NCBI GenBank assembly: GCA_029858255.1
Contig: JAOUFJ010000002.1
Location: 10,637-74,636, forward strand
Direction of reading: 5' to 3'
Source: a candidate division WOR-3 bacterium
GTDB taxonomy: Bacteria > Hydrothermota > Tepidihabitantia > SM23-42
DNA: 64,000 nucleotides
A model generated the notes under the pieces. That model ran no database searches, had not been told where the DNA came from, and saw only the letters and a list, made by a program, of their open reading frames with translations. Made by a program: the position numbers and the translations under genes. This document shows positions 18,899 through 29,014 of this stretch, in pieces. Numbering within the stretch: the stretch's first letter is position 1; each line of letters starts with the position of its first letter.

Positions 18899-20218
18899 AT
18901 GCTGGAAAGGCTATTCAAACTAAAAGAGAATAACACGTCGGTAAGTCAGGAGATGATCGGCGGTTTGACGACGTTCATGACCATGGCTTACATTGTATTT
19001 GTACAGCCAGCGGTATTGTCGGCAGCCGGCATGGATTTCGGGGCGGTCATGGTCGCGACGTGTGTTTCGAGCGCCGTAGCAATATTCTTTATGGCCTTCC
19101 TTGCGAACTACCCTATCGCGCTTGCCCCGGCCATGGGACATAATTTCTTCATTGTATATACGGTTTGTCTAACGATGGGCATACCATGGCAGACCGCACT
19201 CGGTGCGAATTTTATCTCAGGAACCATATTCATAATCCTATCCTTTTTTGGCTTCCGTGAATCGCTCGTGAATTCGATACCAAATTGTCTGAAGCAGGCC
19301 ATCGCGGTTGGCATAGGTCTCTTCATCGCCCTGATAGGATTTCAATGGGCGGGAATAGTAACCTACACTCCGGGGACGATCATCGGCCTCGGTGATTTAC
19401 ATAGCCCTCCTGTCTTGTTGGCAGTTCTCGGACTGTTCGTAATAACAATCCTCTACACACTCAAAGTGAAAGGCGCAATAATAATCGGTATCATCACTAC
19501 CGCCGTTGTCGGGGTACCACTCGGTATTGTGAGATACTACGGTGTCCTCAGTACCCCGCCGGCAATTTCACCAACGTTTCTCAAATTGAATGTTGCCGCT
19601 GCATTCACACTGTCTTTACTTCCGACGATCTTCATCCTTTTCTTCCTCGATCTGTTCGATACGGTAGGAACGTTGATTGGAGTAAGTGAACAGGCCGGTT
19701 TCGTTAAAGAAGGTAAATTGCCGAGGGCAAGACAAGCTCTACTATCGGATGCCATCGGTACGGTTATCGGTACGATCATGGGCACTTCTACTGTCACCAG
19801 CTATATCGAGAGCTCAACTGGCGTAGCAAGCGGTGCCCGTACAGGTCTCGCTAATGTCACCACCGGAGTCCTTTTTCTTATTGCTTTACTGTTCTATCCG
19901 CTCGTGAAGATGATCGGTGGAGGTTACATGACGGATGGCAGCGTGCTCTACCCGGTTACAGCTCCCGCCTTAATCATCGTCGGTACCCTCATGATGTCCG
20001 GTGTCACAAAAATAGACTGGAAAGACTTCACGGAGGCGATCCCGGCGTTCCTGACGATCGTCATCATGCCTTATGCCTATTCCATAACCGAGGGCATTGC
20101 CGTTGGCTTCATCTTTTATACGGTCTTGAAACTGGTTACGGGTAATATCAAAGATGTGCATCCTGTCCTGATCGTATTTACAGTACTGTTCATCTTGAGA
20201 TACATCTTTTTGATGTGA
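18899..20218 (+). CDS. NCS2 family (AzgA/PbuG-type) purine permease
   Basis: GLTTFMTMAYI, ALAPAMG, DLFDTVGT and SYIESSTG...GARTGL motifs; SD GGAGG. Confidence 0.95.
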   Translation: MLERLFKLKENNTSVSQEMIGGLTTFMTMAYIVFVQPAVLSAAGMDFGAVMVATCVSSAVAIFFMAFLANYPIALAPAMGHNFFIVYTVCLTMGIPWQTALGANFISGTIFIILSFFGFRESLVNSIPNCLKQAIAVGIGLFIALIGFQWAGIVTYTPGTIIGLGDLHSPPVLLAVLGLFVITILYTLKVKGAIIIGIITTAVVGVPLGIVRYYGVLSTPPAISPTFLKLNVAAAFTLSLLPTIFILFFLDLFDTVGTLIGVSEQAGFVKEGKLPRARQALLSDAIGTVIGTIMGTSTVTSYIESSTGVASGARTGLANVTTGVLFLIALLFYPLVKMIGGGYMTDGSVLYPVTAPALIIVGTLMMSGVTKIDWKDFTEAIPAFLTIVIMPYAYSITEGIAVGFIFYTVLKLVTGNIKDVHPVLIVFTVLFILRYIFLM

Positions 20219-20266
20219 GTCCGCGGGCATGACGTGTTTATTGCCTGAAAAATTATTGGGGGTAAA

Positions 20267-20938
20267 ATGATAATACTGACAATGATTGTATTCTCAACAA
20301 GTCCGTTCTACAGCGCAAATTTTTTTCTGCCTATCCGTTCATTGAGCGCTTTTTCTAATCCTGCAGGACTCGGTATCAGCACGGGCGCCGAGGCATTCGT
20401 CACCTATGACCCGGAATCCGAACTAATAACGACCGGAGCGAGCGCCGGTAATATTGGTTTCGGCTACATAAAGGAGGACACTTTTCAGATTTATGAGGTA
20501 GCCATTGGCTACAGACTGCCAGGTGCATTCACTATTGGCTACGCATATGAATTCGGTGATACGTCGGAGCACGTCCTCGGTGTCGAGTGCCGTCCGAATC
20601 AACAGCTCTCGCTCAGCTACAGAACTGAACTTGACCACAAAAGGTACGTCTCCGGAGGCATAGAGATCATGCCTTATCTACGGTACATCACGCTCAGTTT
20701 CGGAGTCACCTATGAAGGCATCGATGATACATTGGCTTTCTACTATGGAGCTCTCGTTTCACCGATCAGTGGACTGGGCGCATTTTTCTACACAGACAAA
20801 GAATTTAACTGGAACGCCGGCATGGAGTTGTCTTTCGGTTACGGTAAGATCACTGGCAGTTACTCATACGAGAACAGTAAATTCAGTGGCGGATTGCTCA
20901 TTTCTGCACAGAAATATGAGACTTTCATAGCGAACTGA
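20267..20938 (+). CDS. hypothetical exported beta-strand-rich (barrel-like) protein
   Basis: Short hydrophobic N-terminus, FSNPAGL motif, alternating strand pattern. Confidence 0.65.
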   Translation: MIILTMIVFSTSPFYSANFFLPIRSLSAFSNPAGLGISTGAEAFVTYDPESELITTGASAGNIGFGYIKEDTFQIYEVAIGYRLPGAFTIGYAYEFGDTSEHVLGVECRPNQQLSLSYRTELDHKRYVSGGIEIMPYLRYITLSFGVTYEGIDDTLAFYYGALVSPISGLGAFFYTDKEFNWNAGMELSFGYGKITGSYSYENSKFSGGLLISAQKYETFIAN

Positions 20939-21198
20939 GCCGATCAGCCACATCAACACATACGGTCACCTCACCATTAATACTAATGGATTATCTGGTG
21001 CACACATTACTTCAGTATATACCTATAATCTCTGAAATATAATCAATTATTCTGAATTATTGAAGTAAATATATAAGAACTTATCGGTTGGCTTATCCTC
21101 GTTCGCATGTCCATTGATGCCTTGAGCGACTACCTGGGTTGCCGACTCTGATCGCTCGGAGCCTGCAAGAAAAAACGCAGACTACGATATCAAGGGTC

Positions 21199-22755
21199 TT
21201 ATTTAACGACCACTATCTTTGTCCCACCCTGTTCAATATTGACAAACCTGATAAAATACACGCCGGTCGGTAGCTGCAACTCGTGGTCCGGTTCTTTGAT
21301 TTCGGTAAATTTTTGTCCCATTGCATTGTAGATCGTGAGTGGATAGTAATCGGCACTATTTATGAGCATTCTGTAGGCAATGCCAGATCGCACCGGGCTG
21401 GCGACGTTTGGCAACGGTAATTCAACTACCCTTCCTCTGTTCTCGTTTATGCCAACCGGAGGATTTGGTGTTCCCGGGGTCGGAGCATCATAACTATTAA
21501 AATCTACTCCGTTGTTGTCGGTATCTTCACCATCCGGGTATCTACCCAGGCTGTACCCTGCTTCTACATCAGCAGCGGGCATCCATTCGCCAGTGAATAC
21601 CCATCCATTGAGCACCCCATATCCGACCGCATCAATCGTTATCCCGTGATAGCGCAACTCCACGTTGTCGGGTCCGTTCTGAAGATCGGCTACCGAGTCG
21701 ACCAGATCGACATTGGGGACTGACGAGAATTCACCAACAACGAAGAACCCGTCGCCAGGAATTGTGTAACCATTGAGGTCAATCGTTGCATAATCAACAC
21801 CGCCGTTCCCATTGACACCAACCAGCGTGATCCCATCGAGACTGGTGTTCCCTGCACCATATATCTCGATGAAACATCCAGAATCGGCTCCGGGCGTATC
21901 ATAGTAAAATTCATTCACATACAACCCGACTGCACCAACATAGTATGCGTGGGTATCTGAGACCGCTGAAAGACCGTCATCATCGACATATTTTAGATAG
22001 TAAAATACAGTATCTCCACTGCTCTGGCCGGCGATTTGATAATGAAAAGTATCATTACTCACCGAGATATGCGTTGTCATCGAAGGTGATACAAGGCTAT
22101 TCACTCCGTAGAAGAGAGTGTCATGCTCGACCGTGCCATTGTCAAGCACATAACCGTAAATATCAACTGTGACTCCCGGTGCCGGATTAGTCGGGGTGTG
22201 CCAGGAGCGAATGATCGTAGGAGGTTGTGTTGCTGGAGGTCCGAAATATGCATCATCAACGTAGAATATTGCACCGGTCCAGGGTGTGCCGACGTCATAG
22301 CCCCGAATGACAAACCGGACCGAGTCAGCATTTGAGGGCGACACCGCAAGGTCAGAGGTCCATAACTGCCACGAAGGAGAATCTACCGTGTAGAAATTAG
22401 GCCACTCACTCGATACGTATACGCCGCCAGAAAACCATTGTACACCGCCGCGTGCGCGGCCGGCCGGGTCATTATCATGGACCCAGAAGGAAATACGATA
22501 TAGCGTGTTTGGCTGCGCATGCATTCCCTGATACAGCTCGGCATTGCCTGCCGTCGTCGAGAAAAAGCTATCTTTGGCACTGAAGTTCCCGGCATACACA
22601 GTGACGTCTTCCTGAAAGAGCGCGACCGAATCGCTCTTTATCCAGTACTCAGGCATGCCACCAGACCAGGTTTCAAAACCCGGGTTCTGTAACATGTTCT
22701 GGGAATACGCCAAAGACAAGACCACTGCTAATAAAACAAGAATTCTCTCTTTCAT
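21199..22755 (-). CDS. secreted protein with CBM-like domain, lamin-tail domain and T9SS-type C-terminal domain
   Basis: Signal peptide; LQNPGFE CBM4/9-like start; VNEFYYD...FIEIYG...TPGTPN lamin-tail motifs; C-terminal IYNAMGQ...GVYFIR. Confidence 0.8.
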   Translation of the reverse strand: MKERILVLLAVVLSLAYSQNMLQNPGFETWSGGMPEYWIKSDSVALFQEDVTVYAGNFSAKDSFFSTTAGNAELYQGMHAQPNTLYRISFWVHDNDPAGRARGGVQWFSGGVYVSSEWPNFYTVDSPSWQLWTSDLAVSPSNADSVRFVIRGYDVGTPWTGAIFYVDDAYFGPPATQPPTIIRSWHTPTNPAPGVTVDIYGYVLDNGTVEHDTLFYGVNSLVSPSMTTHISVSNDTFHYQIAGQSSGDTVFYYLKYVDDDGLSAVSDTHAYYVGAVGLYVNEFYYDTPGADSGCFIEIYGAGNTSLDGITLVGVNGNGGVDYATIDLNGYTIPGDGFFVVGEFSSVPNVDLVDSVADLQNGPDNVELRYHGITIDAVGYGVLNGWVFTGEWMPAADVEAGYSLGRYPDGEDTDNNGVDFNSYDAPTPGTPNPPVGINENRGRVVELPLPNVASPVRSGIAYRMLINSADYYPLTIYNAMGQKFTEIKEPDHELQLPTGVYFIRFVNIEQGGTKIVVVK

Positions 22756-22917
22756 ACAGCCTCCCTTTTTATGTCAGAGTTGCGTAGCTATTAACTATCG
22801 GGATATTCTCTACAAAAGACAATGCCTTGTCAAGCATGTCGTCAGTTCTATGATCATAACAGATAATTCAAATTGTATCTTTACGGACGCAGTGTCACGT
22901 AGTTTTGGGCGGCAGTG

Positions 22918-22945
22918 TTGACATAAAGCCGATATTATATAAGAT
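22918..22945 (+). promoter_or_regulatory. sigma70-type promoter of the lolA operon
   Basis: TTGACA-N16-TAAGAT. Confidence 0.7.
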
Positions 22946-22964
22946 TTGTGAAAAAGGAGAACTA

Positions 22965-23579
22965 ATGAGACGATTCATTTTACTGCCGGCTTTGATCGTT
23001 ACACAATTACTAGCGCTCGAAGCAAATGAAATTATTGGAAAGACAGTTGAGAAGTACCGCAACATGAACACCTTTTACACTGAATTCGAACAAGGGTATT
23101 GTGATGAAGACGCCGGCACATGCCAGCGTTATGAAGGCAGAACCTATTATATGAGACCGAATTTTTTCAGAATGGAGATCGAAGAGCCAAAACAGATATA
23201 TGTGGGTGACAGCGTTTCCCTCTGGATCTACATGCCCGACGAGAAGAGAGCGATACGCCAGGAACTCAATCAAATGCCCTTTCAAATCAGCCCGGATGCA
23301 TTGTTTGAGAACTACGAAGAAGATTTCGTCTCGTCCCTCGCAGGTGAAGACGGAGACAACTACGAGATCGTCCTCGAACCAAAGGATGAAACTGATATTT
23401 ACCGCAGACTGAGGGTGAAGATAAAGAAAGAGACTTTTGAGATAATCGGAATTACTGTCACGGATGAATCGGGTATTGAGAGCAAATTCGAATTCACAAA
23501 GGTCGAGATCAACAAGAAGATCGACCGGAAAATATTTCAATTCGACCCGCCCGAGGGAGTACAGGTTGATGAGTATTGA
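22965..23579 (+). CDS. lolA: outer-membrane lipoprotein carrier protein
   Basis: FEQ...G...RPNFFR...P...Q..VGD...LWIY.P and F.F.PPEGV motifs; SD AAGGAG. Confidence 0.88.
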   Translation: MRRFILLPALIVTQLLALEANEIIGKTVEKYRNMNTFYTEFEQGYCDEDAGTCQRYEGRTYYMRPNFFRMEIEEPKQIYVGDSVSLWIYMPDEKRAIRQELNQMPFQISPDALFENYEEDFVSSLAGEDGDNYEIVLEPKDETDIYRRLRVKIKKETFEIIGITVTDESGIESKFEFTKVEINKKIDRKIFQFDPPEGVQVDEY

Positions 23580-23970
23580 TCTTCTCATGGATGATTCGTG
23601 CTTTGCTTGCGGCAAGAAAAATGAGAATGGTTTGCAGCTCAAGATCATTGAAAAAGACGGTGGCGTCTGGGCAGCGATAGATCCACCACTGTGGTCACAG
23701 GGTTACAGTGGAATCGTGCACGGCGGTGTTGTTGCAACGATACTCGATGAGATGGCGGTATGGGCTGCGTTCAAAAAAGGATACAGAACAGTAACCGCAG
23801 AGCTCAATATGAGAATCAAAGAAGCAATGCGAGTCGATCAGGAGTATACAGCGAGGTCACGAGTCCATCTGGTGAAGCACCGGCTCGTGGAGGCAGACAG
23901 TGAGATCATGGACAGAAACGATATACAGGTCGCGTTTGCGCACGTGAAATTGCTCGTGGTAAAGCAATAG
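23569..23970 (+). CDS. PaaI family hotdog-fold thioesterase
   Basis: CFACGKKNENGL and QGYSGIVHGGVVATILDE motifs. Confidence 0.88.
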   Translation: MSIDLLMDDSCFACGKKNENGLQLKIIEKDGGVWAAIDPPLWSQGYSGIVHGGVVATILDEMAVWAAFKKGYRTVTAELNMRIKEAMRVDQEYTARSRVHLVKHRLVEADSEIMDRNDIQVAFAHVKLLVVKQ

Positions 23971-23980
23971 CGACACCTGT

Positions 23981-25246
23981 ATGAAGATACATTGCGTCTC
24001 GCTCGGCTGTCCCAAGAACCTTGTTGATTCAGAGAACATCATCGGTATTTTGGGTGCCTCGGGCGCTTCAGTTACGGCGTTTCCAGATGAATGTGACGTC
24101 ATGATACTTAACACGTGTGCATTCATAAGACCGGCCATGGAGGAAACCGAACAGGAAATAGAAAATGCGCTCCGCAACATGAATAACGGAAGAAGACTCT
24201 TCGTAATTGGCTGCGCGGTCAACCGATATGGTAGCCGGCTAAGACGCAAGTTCCCTGAAGTATCTGGCTGGTACGAAATCAAGGAGATACCCAAGCTCAT
24301 CAAAACACTCGCTCCTGAAGCGACCGACATGCACGCCCGGTTGCCGACCACAGCCGGGTATGCCTACGTGAAGATATCTGAAGGCTGTTCCAATAATTGC
24401 ACTTACTGTACGATCCCTTCGATCAAGGGACCGTACCGGAGTTTTGGCATGGAAGAACTCCTTTCTGAAGGCCGTGAGCTTGTCAGGTTAGGAGTAAAGG
24501 AACTGATACTTATCGGGCAGGACACGACAAGATACGGCACTGACACATATGGACGACCCATGCTGAAATCTCTGCTCCAGCGGCTCTCTCAGATCGATGG
24601 GATCGAATGGATCAGAATAATGTACGCACACCCTAAAACGATAGATGATGACATCATGAAGGAAATCGAGCAGAATGATAAAATCTGCAAGTATGTCGAT
24701 CTTCCCATCCAGCATGTGTGTCCCCGCATATTGAAAACAATGAAGCGTGGTACGACACGTGAACGCATAGAAAGCGTGATTAAGACCCTGAGGGGGATCC
24801 GCGGCATTTCTGTCAGAACAACGATCATTGTTGGCTTCCCCGGTGAAACCGATACCGAATTTGCCGAACTGATGGAATTCATCAGCAAAGGTTATTTCGA
24901 CTGGCTGGGTGTATTCCCCTATCATCGCGAAGCAGGAACAGAAGCAGCCACGCTGGAGCAAGTACCGGCAGAAAGTATACGAGAACGTTATGGAAAGGCA
25001 CTCGCCGTGCAGCAACGCCAAATTGAAAAAAGAAATCACAAAAGGCTCGGGCATCGGTGCAAGGTCTTACTACATACGCGTGAGGGCCACTCTTACGTTG
25101 GTCATGCAGAATTCTGCGCACCAGATGTTGACAGCCAGATATTCATCGAACGGCAGAACTTGATATTGGGTAGGTTCTATGACATCGGGATTACGGGTAC
25201 TGTGGGCAGCGACCTGAAGGGTGAGTTAGCCGAGACACATTTATAG
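23981..25246 (+). CDS. rimO: ribosomal protein S12 methylthiotransferase
   Basis: SLGCPKNLVDSE, NTCAFI, radical-SAM CSNNCTYC and C-terminal APDVD TRAM region. Confidence 0.92.
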   Translation: MKIHCVSLGCPKNLVDSENIIGILGASGASVTAFPDECDVMILNTCAFIRPAMEETEQEIENALRNMNNGRRLFVIGCAVNRYGSRLRRKFPEVSGWYEIKEIPKLIKTLAPEATDMHARLPTTAGYAYVKISEGCSNNCTYCTIPSIKGPYRSFGMEELLSEGRELVRLGVKELILIGQDTTRYGTDTYGRPMLKSLLQRLSQIDGIEWIRIMYAHPKTIDDDIMKEIEQNDKICKYVDLPIQHVCPRILKTMKRGTTRERIESVIKTLRGIRGISVRTTIIVGFPGETDTEFAELMEFISKGYFDWLGVFPYHREAGTEAATLEQVPAESIRERYGKALAVQQRQIEKRNHKRLGHRCKVLLHTREGHSYVGHAEFCAPDVDSQIFIERQNLILGRFYDIGITGTVGSDLKGELAETHL

Positions 25247-25247
25247 C

Positions 25248-26042
25248 ATGATTATAACAAAGATAATCAACACTTCTATGCTCTTTCTCTATATGCTTCT
25301 CCCCTACAATCTTTGTCGTTCTCTGGAGGTTCCGCTTGATTTCCACGGTCGTGGCTTTTTTGGAAAATATCTGAATAGCGATACGACCAGGTTCAATTTT
25401 GACTCTTCATTTGAAATATATGTGAATACACTCCGACACGGTTCCTTCTCGACGTACGTTTATTACCGTGACGATCTTGATATGGCCGAGCAAACCGGAG
25501 GTGTTTCAATAGACCCCAGGTACGGCCACTACTATATCGTGGGTGGATTGGACTATTTTCTTCAAAACTTTGTCATAACAGGCTATTTCGTGCATGATTG
25601 CATTCATGATATCGACTATGCAGTGGAAGGGACCCCGGTATTCAACCGGTTCAGGTTGCGTTTTGCTTCCGGTGATTTTCATTACACGACACGCCTCATG
25701 ACCGTGAAAAAATTGCTGTGGTCAGTAGATATCGGCTATTATCCCCATTGGGATTTCCATGGATGGGATATCAATGCCGGCGCTGACTACAATTATGATA
25801 TCATTCTGATGGCAATGTACAATCTCTACTCAAATAACAATTTCGGGCTGGATTTTACACCGGACCTTTCGATCATAGTAGGAGACACATCGCTTTACCA
25901 CCGACATGTCCTCGGACTAAAAACGTATTACAAGAGATCAGCAAAACGCTTTGGACTCTCCCTCGATTATTTTGCCTACGTTGACGATCCCATAAAAAAA
26001 CCTGACAAACTATGGCTGCTGTCCATTTATACAGAATTCTAG
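25248..26042 (+). CDS. hypothetical protein, probable outer-membrane beta-barrel
   Basis: Aromatic-rich strands, HDCIHD motif, terminal Phe; tightly coupled to its neighbours. Confidence 0.6.
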   Translation: MIITKIINTSMLFLYMLLPYNLCRSLEVPLDFHGRGFFGKYLNSDTTRFNFDSSFEIYVNTLRHGSFSTYVYYRDDLDMAEQTGGVSIDPRYGHYYIVGGLDYFLQNFVITGYFVHDCIHDIDYAVEGTPVFNRFRLRFASGDFHYTTRLMTVKKLLWSVDIGYYPHWDFHGWDINAGADYNYDIILMAMYNLYSNNNFGLDFTPDLSIIVGDTSLYHRHVLGLKTYYKRSAKRFGLSLDYFAYVDDPIKKPDKLWLLSIYTEF

Positions 26043-27634
26043 CGCTCACGCTATTTTTGTATAATAGCGACGGTGCATACGAAATGTTCAGCATCGCAAA
26101 TCAATTGGAGCTCGAAGGCCGTGTTGAGGAAGCAATACAATATTATGAGAAGGCACATGAACTTGAACCCACGTCAGTCGAGATCAACATTTCACTCGCC
26201 AGTGCCCTTTACCAGATACAGCGTTTTGATGAAGGTATTTCGTACCTGGATAGAGCATTGGAGATGGACCCAGAAAACTTACGTCTGCACCAGCTGATAG
26301 CCCTGGGATATGTCGGTGAACGGAAACTGGACAAGGCTATCGAATACTACATTCATGCCCTGGAATTCGCGCCGGGCAATCAAGAGTTGTATCTGGCGGT
26401 TTCCGCATTGTTCGAAGCTAACAGAAAACTCTCGGAAGCCATGTCAGCCCTTGAGCGGATGCCTGATGAAATAAAGACGGCCGAGATATTTCTCAGACTC
26501 GCCAATCTCGCTGGCCGCATGAATGATCATCTTCTGGCAGTGGACTATTACCGGAAGGCTTATCTGCTCGATACGACGGATTTCAATACGACCATTGGTA
26601 TTGGAACGGGGTTCGATATGCTCGGCATCACTGATTCGGCGATATTTTATTATGAGAACGTAAATGCCGATACTTTCATTTCAAATGTGGCGCAGCGGCT
26701 CATCGATCTGTACACTGAAGTGGATAGATATGATAGAGTAATAACAAGCGCCAATGAGATACTGACCCTTGAACCAAGCAATACTCACGTAAGGCGGAGC
26801 CTGGGTTTCGCATATTACAAGGTGGAGATGTTCATCAGGGCACTCAATGAATTCTCTATTGTTCTCAGATATGACCCTTCGGATACCTATTCGGCATTCT
26901 ATCTGGCACGTATATATATGGAACAAGGAGAATATGACAGATCCCGTAAGGAGATCGAATCCGCGTTAAAGGTCAATCCTGATTTCATTGAACTCTGGGT
27001 TTATCTGGGGTTCGTCGCCATTGAAAAGGAGGATTACGATCTTGCCGAATATGCCTTCACCGAGGCAGCATATCGCGGTGGCGATCTTGCACAAATCTAC
27101 TATTTACTCGGAGCTGTCATGGAAACCCAAGAGAAAGCTACGGAAGCTTACTATTATTACAGTAAGGCGGTGGAGAAAAATCCGGAAAACATTGCCGCCC
27201 TGCAATCCTTGGCGAGTATCACATCATCGTTCGGCAGGGAAACAGAAACATTCAATACTTTCCAGAGGATACTCGAAATAGACACCCTGAATGCCGTAGC
27301 GCTGAATTATGTAGGATACACCTATGCCGAACGCAGTGACAGCCTCGAATACGCGCTTCGACTAATAGACAGGGCGCTGGAAATAGACGTCAATAACGGT
27401 TATTACATGGACTCACGGGGCTGGGTGTTCTACAAAATGGGAAGGTTCGAAGAAGCACTGCGCGAGCTGGAACGCGCCAGTGAAATAGTAGAAGATGCTG
27501 TGATCTTAGAACACCTGGGAGACGTAAACCTGGAACTGAAGCGCCGCAGCGCGGCGCTCGATGCCTACAGACGAGCGTTAGAAATAGAACCGGAGAGCAA
27601 AGCGTTGCAGAGCAAGATCGATTCGGTGAAATAA
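26012..27634 (+). CDS. tetratricopeptide repeat protein (BepA/YfgC-like C-terminal TPRs)
   Basis: About 14 TPRs; ALNYVGYTYAE, DSRGWVFYK and ILEHLGD motifs. Confidence 0.9.
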   Translation: MAAVHLYRILALTLFLYNSDGAYEMFSIANQLELEGRVEEAIQYYEKAHELEPTSVEINISLASALYQIQRFDEGISYLDRALEMDPENLRLHQLIALGYVGERKLDKAIEYYIHALEFAPGNQELYLAVSALFEANRKLSEAMSALERMPDEIKTAEIFLRLANLAGRMNDHLLAVDYYRKAYLLDTTDFNTTIGIGTGFDMLGITDSAIFYYENVNADTFISNVAQRLIDLYTEVDRYDRVITSANEILTLEPSNTHVRRSLGFAYYKVEMFIRALNEFSIVLRYDPSDTYSAFYLARIYMEQGEYDRSRKEIESALKVNPDFIELWVYLGFVAIEKEDYDLAEYAFTEAAYRGGDLAQIYYLLGAVMETQEKATEAYYYYSKAVEKNPENIAALQSLASITSSFGRETETFNTFQRILEIDTLNAVALNYVGYTYAERSDSLEYALRLIDRALEIDVNNGYYMDSRGWVFYKMGRFEEALRELERASEIVEDAVILEHLGDVNLELKRRSAALDAYRRALEIEPESKALQSKIDSVK

Positions 27635-28885
27635 ATGTGGGAGCCTTACCGCATAAAGGTCGTTGAGCCACTCCCCAGAACAACCCGGAAAACAAGGAAA
27701 AAGGTTCTTGAGAAAGCCGGGTTTAATCCTTTTCTGATACCCGCAAAATACGTCACCATCGACCTGATATCGGATTCGGGAACAGGAGCGATGACCGCTG
27801 AGCAGTGGGCAAGAATGATCGAAGCAAGAGAGGATTTCGCCGGACAGACATCTTTCGAGCAGTTCTTAGATGCAGCAAAATCTCTCACTGGATTCCCTTA
27901 CATCCAACCGGTACACCAGGGACGGAGCGCCGAGAGAATATTATTCGGCTTGCTGCTGAATAGAGGCGATACAGTCCTCGCCAATACACATTTCGAAACG
28001 ACACGCAGTAATATAGAATCGCTCAAGTGTCATGCAATTGACCTGCCGTCCAGAGAGAGACCCTTCCGCGGCAATATCGATCTAACTGAAATGCAGAAAT
28101 CGATGGGGCAACGCAAGAAGGTGAAAATCGTTATCCTGACGGTCACGAGCAATATACTCGGAGGACAACCCGTATCAATGGAAAACATTGCCGCTGCAAA
28201 GAAGATAGCACGGCACCACGGTATCGCTGTGGTGTTGGATGCCAGCAGGTATGCCGATAATGCCTTCCTGATCAAGCAACACGGAGAGGCATACGGAAGC
28301 ATCAATGCAATCTGCCGAAAGATGTTCGGATATGCAGACATCGCCTACCTCAGCAGCAAAAAGGACGGGCTTGTGAATATCGGCGGTTTCATTGGACTGA
28401 GGGACGGAAGACTCTATGATCGCCTCAAATACGAGATCATCCGTCAGGAAGCATTCCCCACGTCGGGCGGTTTGGCTGCGCGTGATCTTGCCGCGATGAC
28501 CGGGGGTCTGGTAGATTCTACAGATGAACACTTTCTAAGGGTACATATCGAAAACATCAAATTTCTTGGCCGGCTGCTTAAAGAAAATCGCGTGGATATT
28601 TTCGAACCGGTGGGTGGTCATGCCGTTGTTATTATGAAAAAGAAAAACCAGACCCATTTTGCATTTGCGCTTGCCGCCCAGATCTATATCGATTCCGGAA
28701 TCCGTGTGGGAGTCTTCGATGATTGTGTGCGGGTTGCTGTTCCACGCCGGGTCTATACGCGCGAGCACCTCAGATACGTTGGTGAATGTATAGCCACAGC
28801 ATATTCATCAGGTGTCCCGAGGTTGAAGCTCGTACACAGACCCAGTGAATTCTTCAATTTCTTCGCACGTTACGTCACTGTATAA
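27635..28885 (+). CDS. tryptophanase/tyrosine phenol-lyase family PLP-dependent beta-eliminating lyase (divergent)
   Basis: EPYRIKVVEP, IDLISDSGT, HQGRSAE, SSKKDG (PLP Lys) and RVAVPRRVY motifs. Confidence 0.9.
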   Translation: MWEPYRIKVVEPLPRTTRKTRKKVLEKAGFNPFLIPAKYVTIDLISDSGTGAMTAEQWARMIEAREDFAGQTSFEQFLDAAKSLTGFPYIQPVHQGRSAERILFGLLLNRGDTVLANTHFETTRSNIESLKCHAIDLPSRERPFRGNIDLTEMQKSMGQRKKVKIVILTVTSNILGGQPVSMENIAAAKKIARHHGIAVVLDASRYADNAFLIKQHGEAYGSINAICRKMFGYADIAYLSSKKDGLVNIGGFIGLRDGRLYDRLKYEIIRQEAFPTSGGLAARDLAAMTGGLVDSTDEHFLRVHIENIKFLGRLLKENRVDIFEPVGGHAVVIMKKKNQTHFAFALAAQIYIDSGIRVGVFDDCVRVAVPRRVYTREHLRYVGECIATAYSSGVPRLKLVHRPSEFFNFFARYVTV

Positions 28886-28965
28886 ATCAGCTTGGCGTAT
28901 ATACTGTGATACGAAGACATCACATAGAGTAGTAAACAGACTAATCTTGAGAATTGTCTTAATAG

Positions 28966-28993
28966 TTGACAAATACTCAATTTTGAATAAAAT
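28966..28993 (+). promoter_or_regulatory. sigma70-type promoter of clpC-bamA
   Basis: TTGACA-N16-TAAAAT. Confidence 0.8.
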
Positions 28994-29014
28994 GGGCTTA
29001 ATAAGGAGGATGCA

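Noticed and set aside
20940..21198. AT-rich inverted repeat (TTACTTCAGTA...TATTGAAGTAA) between convergent genes
   Set aside because: Low complexity with short arms; no ORF or target-site duplication to support a mobile element or ncRNA
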